Shown here: positions 50,150 through 60,046 of the stretch, in pieces
Numbering within the stretch: the first letter of the stretch is position 1
Layout: each line of letters opens with the position of its first letter
Assembly (NCBI GenBank): GCA_964473825.1
Contig: CAYYQL010000013.1
Coordinates: 6,498-66,543, forward strand
Length of the DNA stretch: 60,046 nt
Reading direction: 5' to 3'
DNA from: an uncultured archaeon
GTDB taxonomy: Archaea > Asgardarchaeota > Thorarchaeia > Thorarchaeales > Thorarchaeaceae
Made by a program: the position numbers and the translations under genes
Notes under the pieces: model-generated
The model's input: only the letters and a program-made list of their open reading frames with translations
Told to the model about the DNA's origin: nothing
Database searches by the model: none

Positions 50150-51352
50150 ATGGATGCAAGGAGCCTGTACATCATCAAACGCGAAACGGGCGTCTGTATG
50201 TACCATAAAGACTTCTCCCAAGGCATCTTTGATCCGCATCTGATATCGTCGTTCATTGTGGCCATGACCTCATTCTTCGATGAGGCAACGAACTCTATCA
50301 CCTCTAAGGCCAGAGCCTTTGAAGGAACCGACTACAAGATAGTCGTTGAATTCGGTGAATGGGCACTCGGAGCGCTCTCAGTCCGACATGATTCCGAAGA
50401 CATTAGGGAGAAGCTCCGGAAACTCGTCAGGAAGTTTGAGGATATGTTTGGCCTACTCAGGTGGGTTGACATGGACTTGGCCGTGTATACTCGGTTTGAG
50501 AAGCACGTTATTGAAGAGTTGATTCGCGATCAGATAGATTCAGACTCAATCATCCGACCAAAACTGAACTGGGATATGATTACCCGCAACCCCGAAGTCA
50601 CAGCATTCCTTAAACTTCTCCCGGATAGGATAAGCGTGAAAGAGGCGGCAGAGTTTCTTGAGATACCACTGAACATTGCCCTGGACCTGGTGGCTGAGGC
50701 CCTCTGGGAGAAGACTATCTCTCTGTCGACCCCGGTAAGGCCTGACGATATCTACCAGGCGACATCCCTGATGAAGTCTGAAAGAGGGGCAGCATCAGTT
50801 TCGCGGGAAACAGAGAGAGCCATCTCTCAGCTCGATGGAGAGACCCCACTCTCCATTGCTGCCGAGCGCGTCAAGACCGCAGATATGAGAGTCTTCTTGG
50901 ATGAGATTGCCCAGCTCGCTGAACAACAGGCAATAGAAAGAGTATCTCCCGCACAGGCCAGGCTTGTCCTGTATTCATCGGTTCTCCAATCCGTCTTGAA
51001 ACACTGCGCAAGGATTCTTGGCTTCGGCATAGCTAGGAAAGTCTTCTTTGATTCAAGGAAAAAACTGACAGGGCAGTATTCTTGGTTGCACTTGGTAGAC
51101 CTCGAGGAGGGAGTAGATGTGGAGATAAGGAGCTCTCTGACATCAGCAACTATGAGAGACAGACTATCTCCTGGATATCTGAGTGAAGGCTTCCGAGCAT
51201 TGCTCCAGTTCATCACAAAGAGGATCAGTGATTACACTGGAGTGAATCCGATCAATCAGATACTAGAACATACCAGAGATGATATAGAAAGACAATTTCC
51301 AACCCTGAACTACGAGGTGGAGTGGGAAAGACTCACAGCTCAACCGTCTTAG
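50150..51352 (+). CDS. Longin-domain protein with downstream winged-helix-like repeats (NPRL2-like architecture)
   Basis: LYIIKRETGVCMY...DPHLISSFIVAMTSF...YKIVVE...LRKLVRKFEDMF longin pattern; two HTH-like segments. Confidence 0.7.
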   Translation: MDARSLYIIKRETGVCMYHKDFSQGIFDPHLISSFIVAMTSFFDEATNSITSKARAFEGTDYKIVVEFGEWALGALSVRHDSEDIREKLRKLVRKFEDMFGLLRWVDMDLAVYTRFEKHVIEELIRDQIDSDSIIRPKLNWDMITRNPEVTAFLKLLPDRISVKEAAEFLEIPLNIALDLVAEALWEKTISLSTPVRPDDIYQATSLMKSERGAASVSRETERAISQLDGETPLSIAAERVKTADMRVFLDEIAQLAEQQAIERVSPAQARLVLYSSVLQSVLKHCARILGFGIARKVFFDSRKKLTGQYSWLHLVDLEEGVDVEIRSSLTSATMRDRLSPGYLSEGFRALLQFITKRISDYTGVNPINQILEHTRDDIERQFPTLNYEVEWERLTAQPS

Positions 51353-51429
51353 ACCTATGAGATGATAGAGACTGAACACAAGAAACAAATTCAACCGGGT
51401 CTGCTCAGAGAGATAAGGAAGGGACGATA

Positions 51430-52206
51430 TTGAAAAAGGAGATGGTCTATGTTGTATCTGCATTCCTCCTACTCGCGGCATCGATACTCATCATCGTCCT
51501 GACCTTGGATTCGTCAGAAGCTGTCGGTAGCCCAGTTACGTTTCTAAGCATCTCTGCTCCCGTTGCAGCTCTGGTGCCGGGAGTCCTGGGTCTTATCAGA
51601 TTTGCACAAGACGACTATGGTCTCGAAGACAGATTCAACTCGATGAATCTTCTTCTGGCCTTGGGACTTATCGTCCTGACCCTTGCTGAGATTGGAACTG
51701 GAATCATATCAGGCATGCCAAGCGGTCAGGAGTTCTACTTCACAATATCCCTCCTCCTCATCCCGGGTATTCTTTTATGGGGAATAGGCACCACTAGGTA
51801 CCTCATTGTCTGCCGGAGCACGATAACTGGAGTGAAACCGAAAAAGATACTGCTCGTGATAACACTCGTTTCAGTTTCAGGAGCTCTCTTGACTCAGATA
51901 TTTGGTGCAATCATCTCCCCGGGTAGAACTCTGATAAATATTGCAGTCTGTATTCCCGTAGGCTTTGGTATCCTGATGATTGTAGGAGTCTTTGCGGTTC
52001 TGTTATGGACATTCAGAAGTGGACTGTTTGTTCTCCCGTTTGGCCTCTCTTTCATTGCGTCGCTTCTGTTTGTCATCCAATATTACTCATGGTGCGTCCT
52101 CTCGATTGCCCCCATATCGATTTTCTCGAGGCTCATAGCAACCGAGGTATACATCCTGATGGGTGGTTCTGTCAGTATAGCCGGAAGACTGGAGGCTGCA
52201 AACTAG
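51430..52206 (+). CDS. Polytopic membrane protein (about 8 TM), unknown function
   Basis: Successive hydrophobic helices. Confidence 0.65.
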   Translation: MKKEMVYVVSAFLLLAASILIIVLTLDSSEAVGSPVTFLSISAPVAALVPGVLGLIRFAQDDYGLEDRFNSMNLLLALGLIVLTLAEIGTGIISGMPSGQEFYFTISLLLIPGILLWGIGTTRYLIVCRSTITGVKPKKILLVITLVSVSGALLTQIFGAIISPGRTLINIAVCIPVGFGILMIVGVFAVLLWTFRSGLFVLPFGLSFIASLLFVIQYYSWCVLSIAPISIFSRLIATEVYILMGGSVSIAGRLEAAN

Positions 52207-52217
52207 TCAGGAACTAG

Positions 52218-54302
52218 TTACTCTTTGCCTTTTCGAGCATCTTCGAGAGCTTTTCCAATTCTCTCTTTCAGGTCAGGAGAGATTTTGCCCCCGCTTTCAT
52301 GAATCTCTTCAACCAAATCTGGGGGTAACATTTCTCTCATCTCAACAATCCGTTCACCGTCGGGTCCGGCTTCACTCAACATGCTAGCCATACCTCTTTT
52401 CTGAGGGTTCATGACTCCGTGGGCGACGGGAGAGTCTTCCTTGCTACCGTATCGGGAAACCTCCTTCTCAGCGACCGTGGCAAGCTCCTCTGTCAGCTCG
52501 TCAATGCCCTGATGGGCATAGTAGCTCTGATAGAGTCTACGAAATACTCCGTCCTTGTCGAGCAGCTCCTCGTGTGTTCCCCGCTCCACAATCTCACCGT
52601 CCTCAAAGACTAGAATCTTGGATGCGTGGGCAATTGTGGTGAGTCGATGGGCTATGACCATTGTTGTCCTGTCTGAGAAGAGTATCTCTTGAGCCTCCTG
52701 CACCAGAGCCTCACTATAGGCATCAAGGCGACTGGTGGCCTCGTCCAGAATGAGAATCTTCGGGTCTGCAAGCATGGTCCGAGCGATGGTGATCATCTGG
52801 CGCTGACCAGCACTCAGGTTCTTGCCGTTCTCCATTACGAGAGTATCGTAGTCATCAGCAAGTACTTCAATGAACTCATTTGCTCCGATAAGTCCACATA
52901 TCTCCTTGACCTGCTCATCTGTTGCCCCGGGGTTTCCGTAACGTATGTTTTCCATTATTGTGCCATCGAAAAGATACGGTATCTGTGGGATAAGAGAAAC
53001 ATTTTGATGTAGAGATTCGAGAGTCACTTTCCGAAGGTCTTGGTCACCGATGAGTATCCGACCCCCTTGCGGGTCATAGAACCTATTGATCAGTGCTGCA
53101 ACTGTGGTCTTGCCGGCCCCGGTGTGTCCCACTACAGCGACAGTCTTGCCCGCTTCGATCTCAAATGTGACGTCTCTCAGCACCTCGGTTCCTTCAACAT
53201 ATGAGAAGGTTACATTCTCGAATCGGATTCCATCGCTCTCAGGTCTCAAGGGAACAGCGTCTGGCTCATCCATGATAGCTCGTTTTGACTCGAGAACATC
53301 AGATATTCTGTCCATGGCGGCTAAAGATGCCTGGACCTCTGTTGCCATCAGCGCAAGAGCGAGAATAGGCCACATGAACCGATTGACAAGCATCACACCC
53401 AGAAAGAGCTCACCTACAGTGAGAAGCGGTGTGGTGCCAGTGACCAGAGATCCGCCCACGAAGAGAACAGCAGCTATGCCAATCTGACCCATTGAACGCA
53501 TAAGAGGCTGCATCGCGCTCATCAAGATCATGAAACGAAACCCATGATGATATGCCTCTTCGTTCAGCTCCTGCAATTCCTCCGCCAGCTCATCTTCGCG
53601 GTTGAATGCCTTTGCAATTTGAACCCCACTCAGGTCCTCAGCAATCCGTCCTGATACCGCACCATAGGCCCTCCTTGACGCAAGCATGATTCGCTTTCCG
53701 ACAGTGCCAAAGAGAACTGCGATGAAAAGGACACCCGGAAGTACAACTAGAGAAGTCAGTGCGATAGTGGGGGAAGTGGTCCACAGCAAGACAAAGGTCC
53801 CAGCAATAAGCAGAATCTGGCTGCTAAAGTCTACAATTGCCTGGATGCCTATACCAAGAGCGTCGGTATCGGATGTAACCCTGGAGGTTATGTTTCCACT
53901 CTCCTCAGACTTGTGATAAGAAAGGTCTGCCTCGACAAGATGATCATATACGTCGGACTGTACTTCTTGAACTAGTCCTGCTTGCGCACTGGCAAGAATC
54001 CATGTATTGCTGCTATTGAGTATCCAGGATACGACCTTCAGTATGAGATAGAGTATCACGAGATACAATAGGACACTCATTGTCGTGGTGGCACTGAAGA
54101 CCTCGTCTATTGCCCATCTCAAAACCAAGGGATCAATGACAGCGAAGAATGTGCCTATCAAGGATAGCACCGCGGCTATAGCAACCACTTTCTTGAAGTT
54201 ACCCAGATATCCCACCAGTCGCCTGAGTAGAAGACCCACTGAACGACTCCGCTTGCGTTTCTCTCGCGCCCAGCTGCCAGGGCCACCCCTGGAATGAGCC
54301 AT
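52218..54302 (-). CDS. ABC exporter permease/ATPase (heterodimer subunit)
   Basis: TMD plus GHTGAGKT, LSAGQ, ILDE, AHR; charged C-terminal extension. Confidence 0.93.
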   Translation of the reverse strand: MAHSRGGPGSWAREKRKRSRSVGLLLRRLVGYLGNFKKVVAIAAVLSLIGTFFAVIDPLVLRWAIDEVFSATTTMSVLLYLVILYLILKVVSWILNSSNTWILASAQAGLVQEVQSDVYDHLVEADLSYHKSEESGNITSRVTSDTDALGIGIQAIVDFSSQILLIAGTFVLLWTTSPTIALTSLVVLPGVLFIAVLFGTVGKRIMLASRRAYGAVSGRIAEDLSGVQIAKAFNREDELAEELQELNEEAYHHGFRFMILMSAMQPLMRSMGQIGIAAVLFVGGSLVTGTTPLLTVGELFLGVMLVNRFMWPILALALMATEVQASLAAMDRISDVLESKRAIMDEPDAVPLRPESDGIRFENVTFSYVEGTEVLRDVTFEIEAGKTVAVVGHTGAGKTTVAALINRFYDPQGGRILIGDQDLRKVTLESLHQNVSLIPQIPYLFDGTIMENIRYGNPGATDEQVKEICGLIGANEFIEVLADDYDTLVMENGKNLSAGQRQMITIARTMLADPKILILDEATSRLDAYSEALVQEAQEILFSDRTTMVIAHRLTTIAHASKILVFEDGEIVERGTHEELLDKDGVFRRLYQSYYAHQGIDELTEELATVAEKEVSRYGSKEDSPVAHGVMNPQKRGMASMLSEAGPDGERIVEMREMLPPDLVEEIHESGGKISPDLKERIGKALEDARKGKE

Positions 54303-56149
54303 TATGAAACACCCCCCTGCACAAGAACGCCTTTGAGAAGCGCTTCAGCTCCCGGTAGCTTCTCGAATATCAACCGGTATTCTTCTGATGTCCTCAGGAG
54401 ATCCTTGTGGCGACCAGCTGCAACCAACTCTCCCTTATCAAGCATGATCACCAGATCAGATTCCAAGAGGGTTCTGAGCCGTTGTGTGACGGTGATACTG
54501 GTTCGACCCTTCATAACCTCATCCAGAGCTTGCCTAAGCTTGTACTCAGTCTGTGCATCTACTGCACTCACAGAGTCGTCGAGGAGGAGAATCTGGGGAT
54601 CCTGAATAATGGCCCGTGCAATCGCTAACCGCTGCCGCTGTCCTCCGCTCAATGTCATTCCTCGCTCGCCAATCATTGAATCATATTCCTTGGGAAGCTG
54701 CTCAATGAACTCGTGAGCTTGCGCTCGCTTCGCGGCCTCAACAACTTCTTCATGGGAGGCCTCAGCATTACCAAAAGCAATATTCTCCTTGACTGTCATC
54801 CGGAAAAGGAAGATGTCCTGCTCAACAAGCCCGACATGATCACGAACCGTGGAAGTCCGTACATTACGCAAATCAACCCCATCAACGAGAACACGACCGT
54901 CATCAGGGTCGTATAGTCGAAGCAGGAGCTTGAGTACTGTGCTCTTTCCGCCGCCAGGGCCGCCAATAAGAGCCACTCTTGAACCGCCGGGAATCCTAAT
55001 GTTGAGATCCTTCAATGCATAATGGTCGCTGTTCCCATTTTCAGAGGTGTACTTGAAACTCACAGAATCGAAGAGGATATCATTCCCCCAATCCAAACCA
55101 GTTTCTTCTTCTGACGGTTCTTCCATCGGATCCTCCCAGTTGAGAATCTTGACAATCCTTTGGGCATTCACGTAACCACCTCGCAGCATCAGCAACATCC
55201 TAGGTAACATGAAGTTGAAACCCTGAAGAGATAACAGAAGAGCAAGAACGGCCGTGAGTGTGCCGACATCCAATACACCGACGAGCACCGCGTAACCTCC
55301 GTAGAAGAAAGCCAAAGTCGTCATCGCGATGAGAACTAGGGCAGGAATATAGAACGCAGCCAGTCTACCCTCCTGTGTCACCATTTCTTTGTATTCATTG
55401 CTGACTCTTTGAAACTTGTCCTTCTCGCTCGCCTCCTTTCCAAAAGCCCGAACTACTTCTATGCCCCGGAATACACCCTGCGACACTGAAGTGAGATTCT
55501 CCATCTGCTCGGACCGGGCTCTGCGAACCGGCTCAACGGCGTTTGCATACTTGTAGGCAGACCATAGATAAAGTGGTGAGCCAACAGCCATGATCAGCGT
55601 AAACACTGGGATAGGAATTCCGCCCAAGCTAAGGAAACCTGTCAGTCCCGGGGTTAGGTCATAGGACATCAAGAACAGAGCCGTGATTCCGAAAGACGCG
55701 ATACTGTATGCCAGATTGCGGAGAGCAGGATTCAGTGAGAGTCGTACCCAGTTGATATCCTGCATCGCCACAGAGAGCAATCTTTTGCTGTCGATAACAT
55801 CGTGGAAAGTCATGCTGAACTCTTGTAGAGCCTCAAAGAAATCCTGTCGTGCATCGCGTTCCCATCTCAGGGTCACAACTGCCCAAGCATATCCAACTAC
55901 GAAGTACATTCCCATGTAGATGAGTGCTAGGAGAGCAATCTCTATGACAATGTTGACGAAATCTGCGGTGAAACCTGCGGTAGTCACAATGTTGACAGCC
56001 TGCCCCAGAAGCACATTTGGCAGAGCCATAATGAATGCTGAGATAACAGTGAGAATTAGGGCTCCAAGGATGACTCCAGGATTTCGAGCCAGTCCCCCAA
56101 GCATGTAGCGAAATGCAGAACTTCGTCCTTTGCTGTCTTCTTGTGTCAT
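54302..56149 (-). CDS. ABC exporter permease/ATPase (heterodimer subunit with degenerate site)
   Basis: TMD plus GGPGGGKS, LSGGQ, LLLDD (no catalytic Glu), TQR (no His). Confidence 0.93.
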   Translation of the reverse strand: MTQEDSKGRSSAFRYMLGGLARNPGVILGALILTVISAFIMALPNVLLGQAVNIVTTAGFTADFVNIVIEIALLALIYMGMYFVVGYAWAVVTLRWERDARQDFFEALQEFSMTFHDVIDSKRLLSVAMQDINWVRLSLNPALRNLAYSIASFGITALFLMSYDLTPGLTGFLSLGGIPIPVFTLIMAVGSPLYLWSAYKYANAVEPVRRARSEQMENLTSVSQGVFRGIEVVRAFGKEASEKDKFQRVSNEYKEMVTQEGRLAAFYIPALVLIAMTTLAFFYGGYAVLVGVLDVGTLTAVLALLLSLQGFNFMLPRMLLMLRGGYVNAQRIVKILNWEDPMEEPSEEETGLDWGNDILFDSVSFKYTSENGNSDHYALKDLNIRIPGGSRVALIGGPGGGKSTVLKLLLRLYDPDDGRVLVDGVDLRNVRTSTVRDHVGLVEQDIFLFRMTVKENIAFGNAEASHEEVVEAAKRAQAHEFIEQLPKEYDSMIGERGMTLSGGQRQRLAIARAIIQDPQILLLDDSVSAVDAQTEYKLRQALDEVMKGRTSITVTQRLRTLLESDLVIMLDKGELVAAGRHKDLLRTSEEYRLIFEKLPGAEALLKGVLVQGGVS

Positions 56150-56164
56150 GGTGATACCTCGTGG

Positions 56165-56683
56165 TTATTGTGTGTCTTTGATAATCTTGGATAGACGTTT
56201 GTGAATCGTCCTGAGTTCTTCTCTGTGCGCCGCCTTCTCTTCCTCATCGAGGTGCGAGAACGTATCGGCCAGCCGTTCTGTTACTCCATCCAAATGATGG
56301 AGCTGGGCTTGAACCCTGTCTTCGGGATCGAGAACCGAGAGCCATAGCATAGGTCCAACAGCAGCTCGCTTGTCCAGCGTTTTCTTCTGGTCGTACAGGT
56401 TGTGTAGTGCATCCGAACCCGCATCAGACAGCCTGTAAAAGATGGTTCGACCCTCGGTTCTGGCTTCCTCAATATGACCCCGCTCTAGAAGGTCCGACAG
56501 CAAGTGATAGGTGGAGCCGGGGCTTGGTCGCCACGCACCCTTACTGCGTTCCTCAAGGATATCCGCAATGCCTGTACCAGACAGCTCTTGTGACTCTAGC
56601 AGCTTCAGAATCACGAATCTGAGCAATCCCCGCGGTACTGCATGGGGCAATCTTCCCTCAGGGCATCCACACTCTGGCGACAT
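56165..56683 (-). CDS. PadR-family transcriptional regulator
   Basis: RGLLRFVILKLL, WRPSPGSTYHLL..L...G.I, FYRLS..G. Confidence 0.88.
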   Translation of the reverse strand: MSPECGCPEGRLPHAVPRGLLRFVILKLLESQELSGTGIADILEERSKGAWRPSPGSTYHLLSDLLERGHIEEARTEGRTIFYRLSDAGSDALHNLYDQKKTLDKRAAVGPMLWLSVLDPEDRVQAQLHHLDGVTERLADTFSHLDEEEKAAHREELRTIHKRLSKIIKDTQ

Positions 56684-56705
56684 CGCAATCAACCGATCAT
56701 CATAA

Positions 56706-56750
56706 TATCGAATACGATAATTCTTGACGTGTTTATTATCGAACGCGATA
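56706..56750. promoter_or_regulatory. Twin palindromes TATCG-N4-CGATA, putative PadR operators
   Basis: tatcgaatacgata (56706-56719) and tatcgaacgcgata (56737-56750) just upstream of padR. Confidence 0.6.
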
Positions 56751-56841
56751 TAAAGTTGCTGTTGTGTTACCTCGATTCATAATCACGGGAATCTCTATAA
56801 GACAGGCTGAGTCGAGCAGTCTGAAAGTGGAGATAGAAGAA

Positions 56842-58686
56842 ATGGGCGAAAAGGCGAAGGTCAAGGAAACAGTGGGACTCTACTCCAAAGTATGGCAACT
56901 CCCAACTTTCCAAGGGATTCTCCTGAGGATTCTGGGCATGATACTCATGGCAAGCCTACTAATATCGTTCTTCAGGGTCCAAGTAGTGCCAAGCAGTGTG
57001 TTCATCGATGCCTTCCTTCACAATACAGCCATCTTTGGCGTGACCGTCTTCCTGAGCTCAGGTATTCTCTATCTTCTTGTGAGAAAAGAGGGGTCGCCCC
57101 TCGATCCACGCAGGACCTTTGGTGCCACCCAGTTCGGTACCGTATTGTGGTTGGGTTTCGGCGTCATCGGAGCGTCCATCGATGCGATACTTGGCATGGA
57201 CCACTATGCAATACGATTGTTGATCCTTGGCATGACACTCGGATACATGATGTTTGCATTCCTTGTCACAGGTCTGAGTGATCATCATGCACTACGCAAC
57301 CTTGCCGCCGCATTAGTATTCCCTCTGACCTGGTTCTCACTTACCTTGTCTCTTCAGAGTTATACTGATGCGGTCCCAGCTCTGCCAGCATTCTGGCTCC
57401 CGGGAGTGCTTCTCATGTTCGGGGTCGCTTCGGTTTCAGTCTATTGGATATTCAAGTCTGTCAGCAGACCTTTCGAACGAGACTTGGGTATCGACGGGCC
57501 GGCCCTTTTGAGAGCCTTCGGATACGACTACCTGATAGGCAACCCTGAACCGCTAGAACGGACGCTTACCGAGATCCACACCAAACAGGATGTTCGGGTG
57601 GAGGTCATGGTTCTGAAGTCGGAGGGCGAGCTATTCGCCGTCGGAGTAGTGCTCTACATACATCCGGGCCCGTTCAGGGACATCGGCAGTAGCGGCCTTC
57701 CGAGCGAGATCATTGCCCATATCCGCGAACAACATGGAGTTCCTGCCTTTGTGATGCACGGGACTTGCACTCATCATCAAAACCTCACAACAAAAGAAGA
57801 CATTCCAAGCATTCTGGCAGAAATTGATAGACTTGTGCGAGAGGTCGAAACAGTCAGAGAGATTTCAGGACCTCACTGGACAGACTTGGGTAAGTTCAAG
57901 GTCTGGACACTCTTTGTTAATGATAACGCCCTGTGCATCACCACCAGCGCTCCACAGTTCACCGATGATATCTCTCTGAGTGTAGGAATGGATGCGGCCG
58001 AAATGGTGAGAAGCAGGCTCCCGTCAATCAATCAGGTTTCTACCGTGGACGCCCATAATTGCATAGATGACGAGGCAGTTTCGGTCATGAAGGAAGATCC
58101 TGAGGCAGATGACTATGTTGGTGCAGTCTCAAGCGCAGCGTTCTCTACTTTCAACGAGCCACATCATGAGGTCAGCGCAGGGATATACAGGGTAACGCCC
58201 GACAACATAGACCTCAAAGATGGTCTGGGCCCAGGCGGAATAGTGGCCCTAGTGTTGAGAGTGGGAGAAACAGAGTCAGCTCTGTTGTTCATCGATGGTA
58301 ACAATATGGAACCGGGTTACAGAGAGAGAGCAATCGGTATTATCAAGGAACAAGGATTCGATAAAGTGGAACTAACGACCACAGACACCCACGTGGTAAA
58401 TGCAATCTCACTGTCAAGCAGCGGCTATCCACCCATCGGCAGACACAAACCTGACGACATCCTGGAGTCAATCATCACGGCCACCACGAAGGCACGGGAA
58501 AGGTTGAGACCCGTGGAGGTAGGAATGGCATTCGGCCAAGCGAAGAACTTGAGAGTATTCGGGGAGAAGGCATTTGATATTCTTACTCAAGACATTGTTG
58601 AGGCTGCCCGTATAGCGAAACGGGTAGGATTGGGGGCGGCAGGACTCACATTCTTGCTGTCAGCCGTCACAGTACTGCTCATCTAA
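56842..58686 (+). CDS. DUF2070 family membrane protein
   Basis: Multi-TM N-terminus; IHPGPFRDIGSS.LP, HGTCTH, VDAHN, DGNNM, TTDTH. Confidence 0.88.
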   Translation: MGEKAKVKETVGLYSKVWQLPTFQGILLRILGMILMASLLISFFRVQVVPSSVFIDAFLHNTAIFGVTVFLSSGILYLLVRKEGSPLDPRRTFGATQFGTVLWLGFGVIGASIDAILGMDHYAIRLLILGMTLGYMMFAFLVTGLSDHHALRNLAAALVFPLTWFSLTLSLQSYTDAVPALPAFWLPGVLLMFGVASVSVYWIFKSVSRPFERDLGIDGPALLRAFGYDYLIGNPEPLERTLTEIHTKQDVRVEVMVLKSEGELFAVGVVLYIHPGPFRDIGSSGLPSEIIAHIREQHGVPAFVMHGTCTHHQNLTTKEDIPSILAEIDRLVREVETVREISGPHWTDLGKFKVWTLFVNDNALCITTSAPQFTDDISLSVGMDAAEMVRSRLPSINQVSTVDAHNCIDDEAVSVMKEDPEADDYVGAVSSAAFSTFNEPHHEVSAGIYRVTPDNIDLKDGLGPGGIVALVLRVGETESALLFIDGNNMEPGYRERAIGIIKEQGFDKVELTTTDTHVVNAISLSSSGYPPIGRHKPDDILESIITATTKARERLRPVEVGMAFGQAKNLRVFGEKAFDILTQDIVEAARIAKRVGLGAAGLTFLLSAVTVLLI

Positions 58687-58807
58687 TCATCTTGGATCGT
58701 GCAATACAACCAATCATGAACTTTATAGACGAGTTGAGCAAGATGTTAGTTATTGCTTCAGGCTCTTCACCGTACCCAGATGAACGTCTGAAACGGAGTG
58801 TGATTAC

Positions 58808-59374
58808 ATGGCTAAGAAAAGAATCCTCGTCTGCCTGACAGGCGCAAGCGGTGCCATCTATGGCGTTAGGACAATCGATAGGCTGGTCGAGCTAGGACAT
58901 GAGGTCCATCTTATCGTGAGTAGATGGGGTACGGAAACCCTGAAGCACGAAACAGGACTCACGGCCGAAGACCTGAAGAAGAGGGTTACGAAGGTATATG
59001 ACCAAGACGACCTGACGGCAGGGCCTGCCAGTGGAAGCTATCATCTCGATGCGATGGTGATAGTTCCATGTACGATGAAGACTCTAGCAGGGATTGCACA
59101 CGGTTACGCGGATAATCTCATATCTCGAGCAGCTGATTGTACACTCAAGGAGAGACGTACGCTCATCATTGTGCCAAGAGAGACCCCGCTCAACCTTATC
59201 CATATACAGAACATGGGAAGAGTGACCGAAGCAGGTGCCATAGTTATTCCCGCCTCTCCAGCGTTCTGGCACAAACCATCCACTATCGAACAACTTGTCG
59301 AATCAGTTGTAGAACGGATTCTATACCACGCCGGTGTACTAGAGAACCGAAGGGTTGAGTGGACTGGAGAATAA
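58808..59374 (+). CDS. ubiX: Flavin prenyltransferase
   Basis: TGASGAIYG, ASGS, PCTMKTLA.IAHG, RAAD.TLKERR, PRETP. Confidence 0.95.
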   Translation: MAKKRILVCLTGASGAIYGVRTIDRLVELGHEVHLIVSRWGTETLKHETGLTAEDLKKRVTKVYDQDDLTAGPASGSYHLDAMVIVPCTMKTLAGIAHGYADNLISRAADCTLKERRTLIIVPRETPLNLIHIQNMGRVTEAGAIVIPASPAFWHKPSTIEQLVESVVERILYHAGVLENRRVEWTGE

Positions 59375-59484
59375 ACATCCATTGAGATAGCCTGCTGATG
59401 TTGCAGTGCTTTTCGGAAAATAAGAGTGGATTTGGAAAGGCACCTTCAAGAGGCGCCATCCAGTCTCCATTTGATTTAGACTAT

Positions 59485-59985
59485 TCAATAAGTGCCAGCG
59501 GTAGACTCGCTTTCGGTCTCGGAGGGTTCGTCGGATACTTCCGCCTCAGATTCAGTTTCTTCGCCCTCTGCCTCTTCTTCTTCCTTCTGCCGCTCAGCTA
59601 CAGACTTCACTCGATCAATCATCTGTTCAATCGGGACATTTCCGAGTTGTAGTGCCATTGGTACAGCAAAGAAGAGTATGAGTGTACCGCCCAGAACGTA
59701 GAGCATCGGTGAGAGGATAGGGCCGAGGAACCAGATTGCCTCGAGGATGCCACCAATGAGGTGGATAATGATACCCAGAATCAGTCCTGGTGCAGCCATA
59801 GTCCCGGGTCGCTTCAGTGCTGTTGCGGCAGTAGCATAGCAGGTCAGTACAAACCCGCCTGTGAAGAGAAATGGTCGTACTATGCTATCATAGCTGCCGA
59901 GAATCCATACTAACATACCTATTGTTATGAGAAGAGAGTTTGGATCTTTCGTGAAACTCTCTATTGGTGAGATTTCATCGCTCAT
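59485..59985 (-). CDS. Small membrane protein with acidic C-terminal tail
   Basis: About four hydrophobic helices followed by an E/S-rich tail. Confidence 0.65.
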   Translation of the reverse strand: MSDEISPIESFTKDPNSLLITIGMLVWILGSYDSIVRPFLFTGGFVLTCYATAATALKRPGTMAAPGLILGIIIHLIGGILEAIWFLGPILSPMLYVLGGTLILFFAVPMALQLGNVPIEQMIDRVKSVAERQKEEEEAEGEETESEAEVSDEPSETESESTAGTY

Positions 59986-60046
59986 GTTATCACGGCTCTG
60001 TGTGAAAAGTCGAGAAGAGTAATACAAGGATATGTGACCAGACTGG

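Noticed and set aside
54302-56149. Inactive ABC ATPase or pseudogene (LLLDD, TQR)
   Set aside because: This is the normal degenerate site of heterodimeric exporters; the partner has the complementary LSAGQ

Overview
Archaeal chromosomal segment, most likely from an Asgard archaeon, possibly Thorarchaeia. This is inferred from gene content (thermosome, ZPR1, DUF2070, DUF359, the HMGS-thiolase-DUF35 cluster, a longin-domain protein and an SMC5/6-type SMC), not from a database search. Most of the window is housekeeping or metabolic: a 2-oxoacid:ferredoxin oxidoreductase-fumC-fumarate reductase/SDH AB operon, thermosome, TrxB, the upper mevalonate cluster, a CoaD-DUF359 fusion, NnrE-NnrD, NfnAB, H+-PPase, tRNA-Ala(UGC), a PadR-heterodimeric ABC exporter and UbiX. 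The most interesting locus is 33.0-43.2 kb. There, a catalytically degenerate Cdc48/PAN/Vps4-like AAA protein precedes an SMC with SMC5/6-type head motifs, a ScpA/Nse4-like kleisin, a tandem winged-helix KITE-like protein and a TFIIB-type Zn-ribbon/wHTH protein. This group is transcribed divergently from a MoxR AAA + HExxH-VWA pair. Other points of note: a longin-domain protein with NPRL2 (GATOR1)-like architecture, a possible dead HerA/FtsK-like ATPase, a metzincin/surface-protein insert with unexplained GC-rich flanks (11.0-15.4 kb), an AT-richer sulfotransferase patch, and twin palindromes in front of padR. No CRISPR array, rRNA, integrase or intact transposase was seen.
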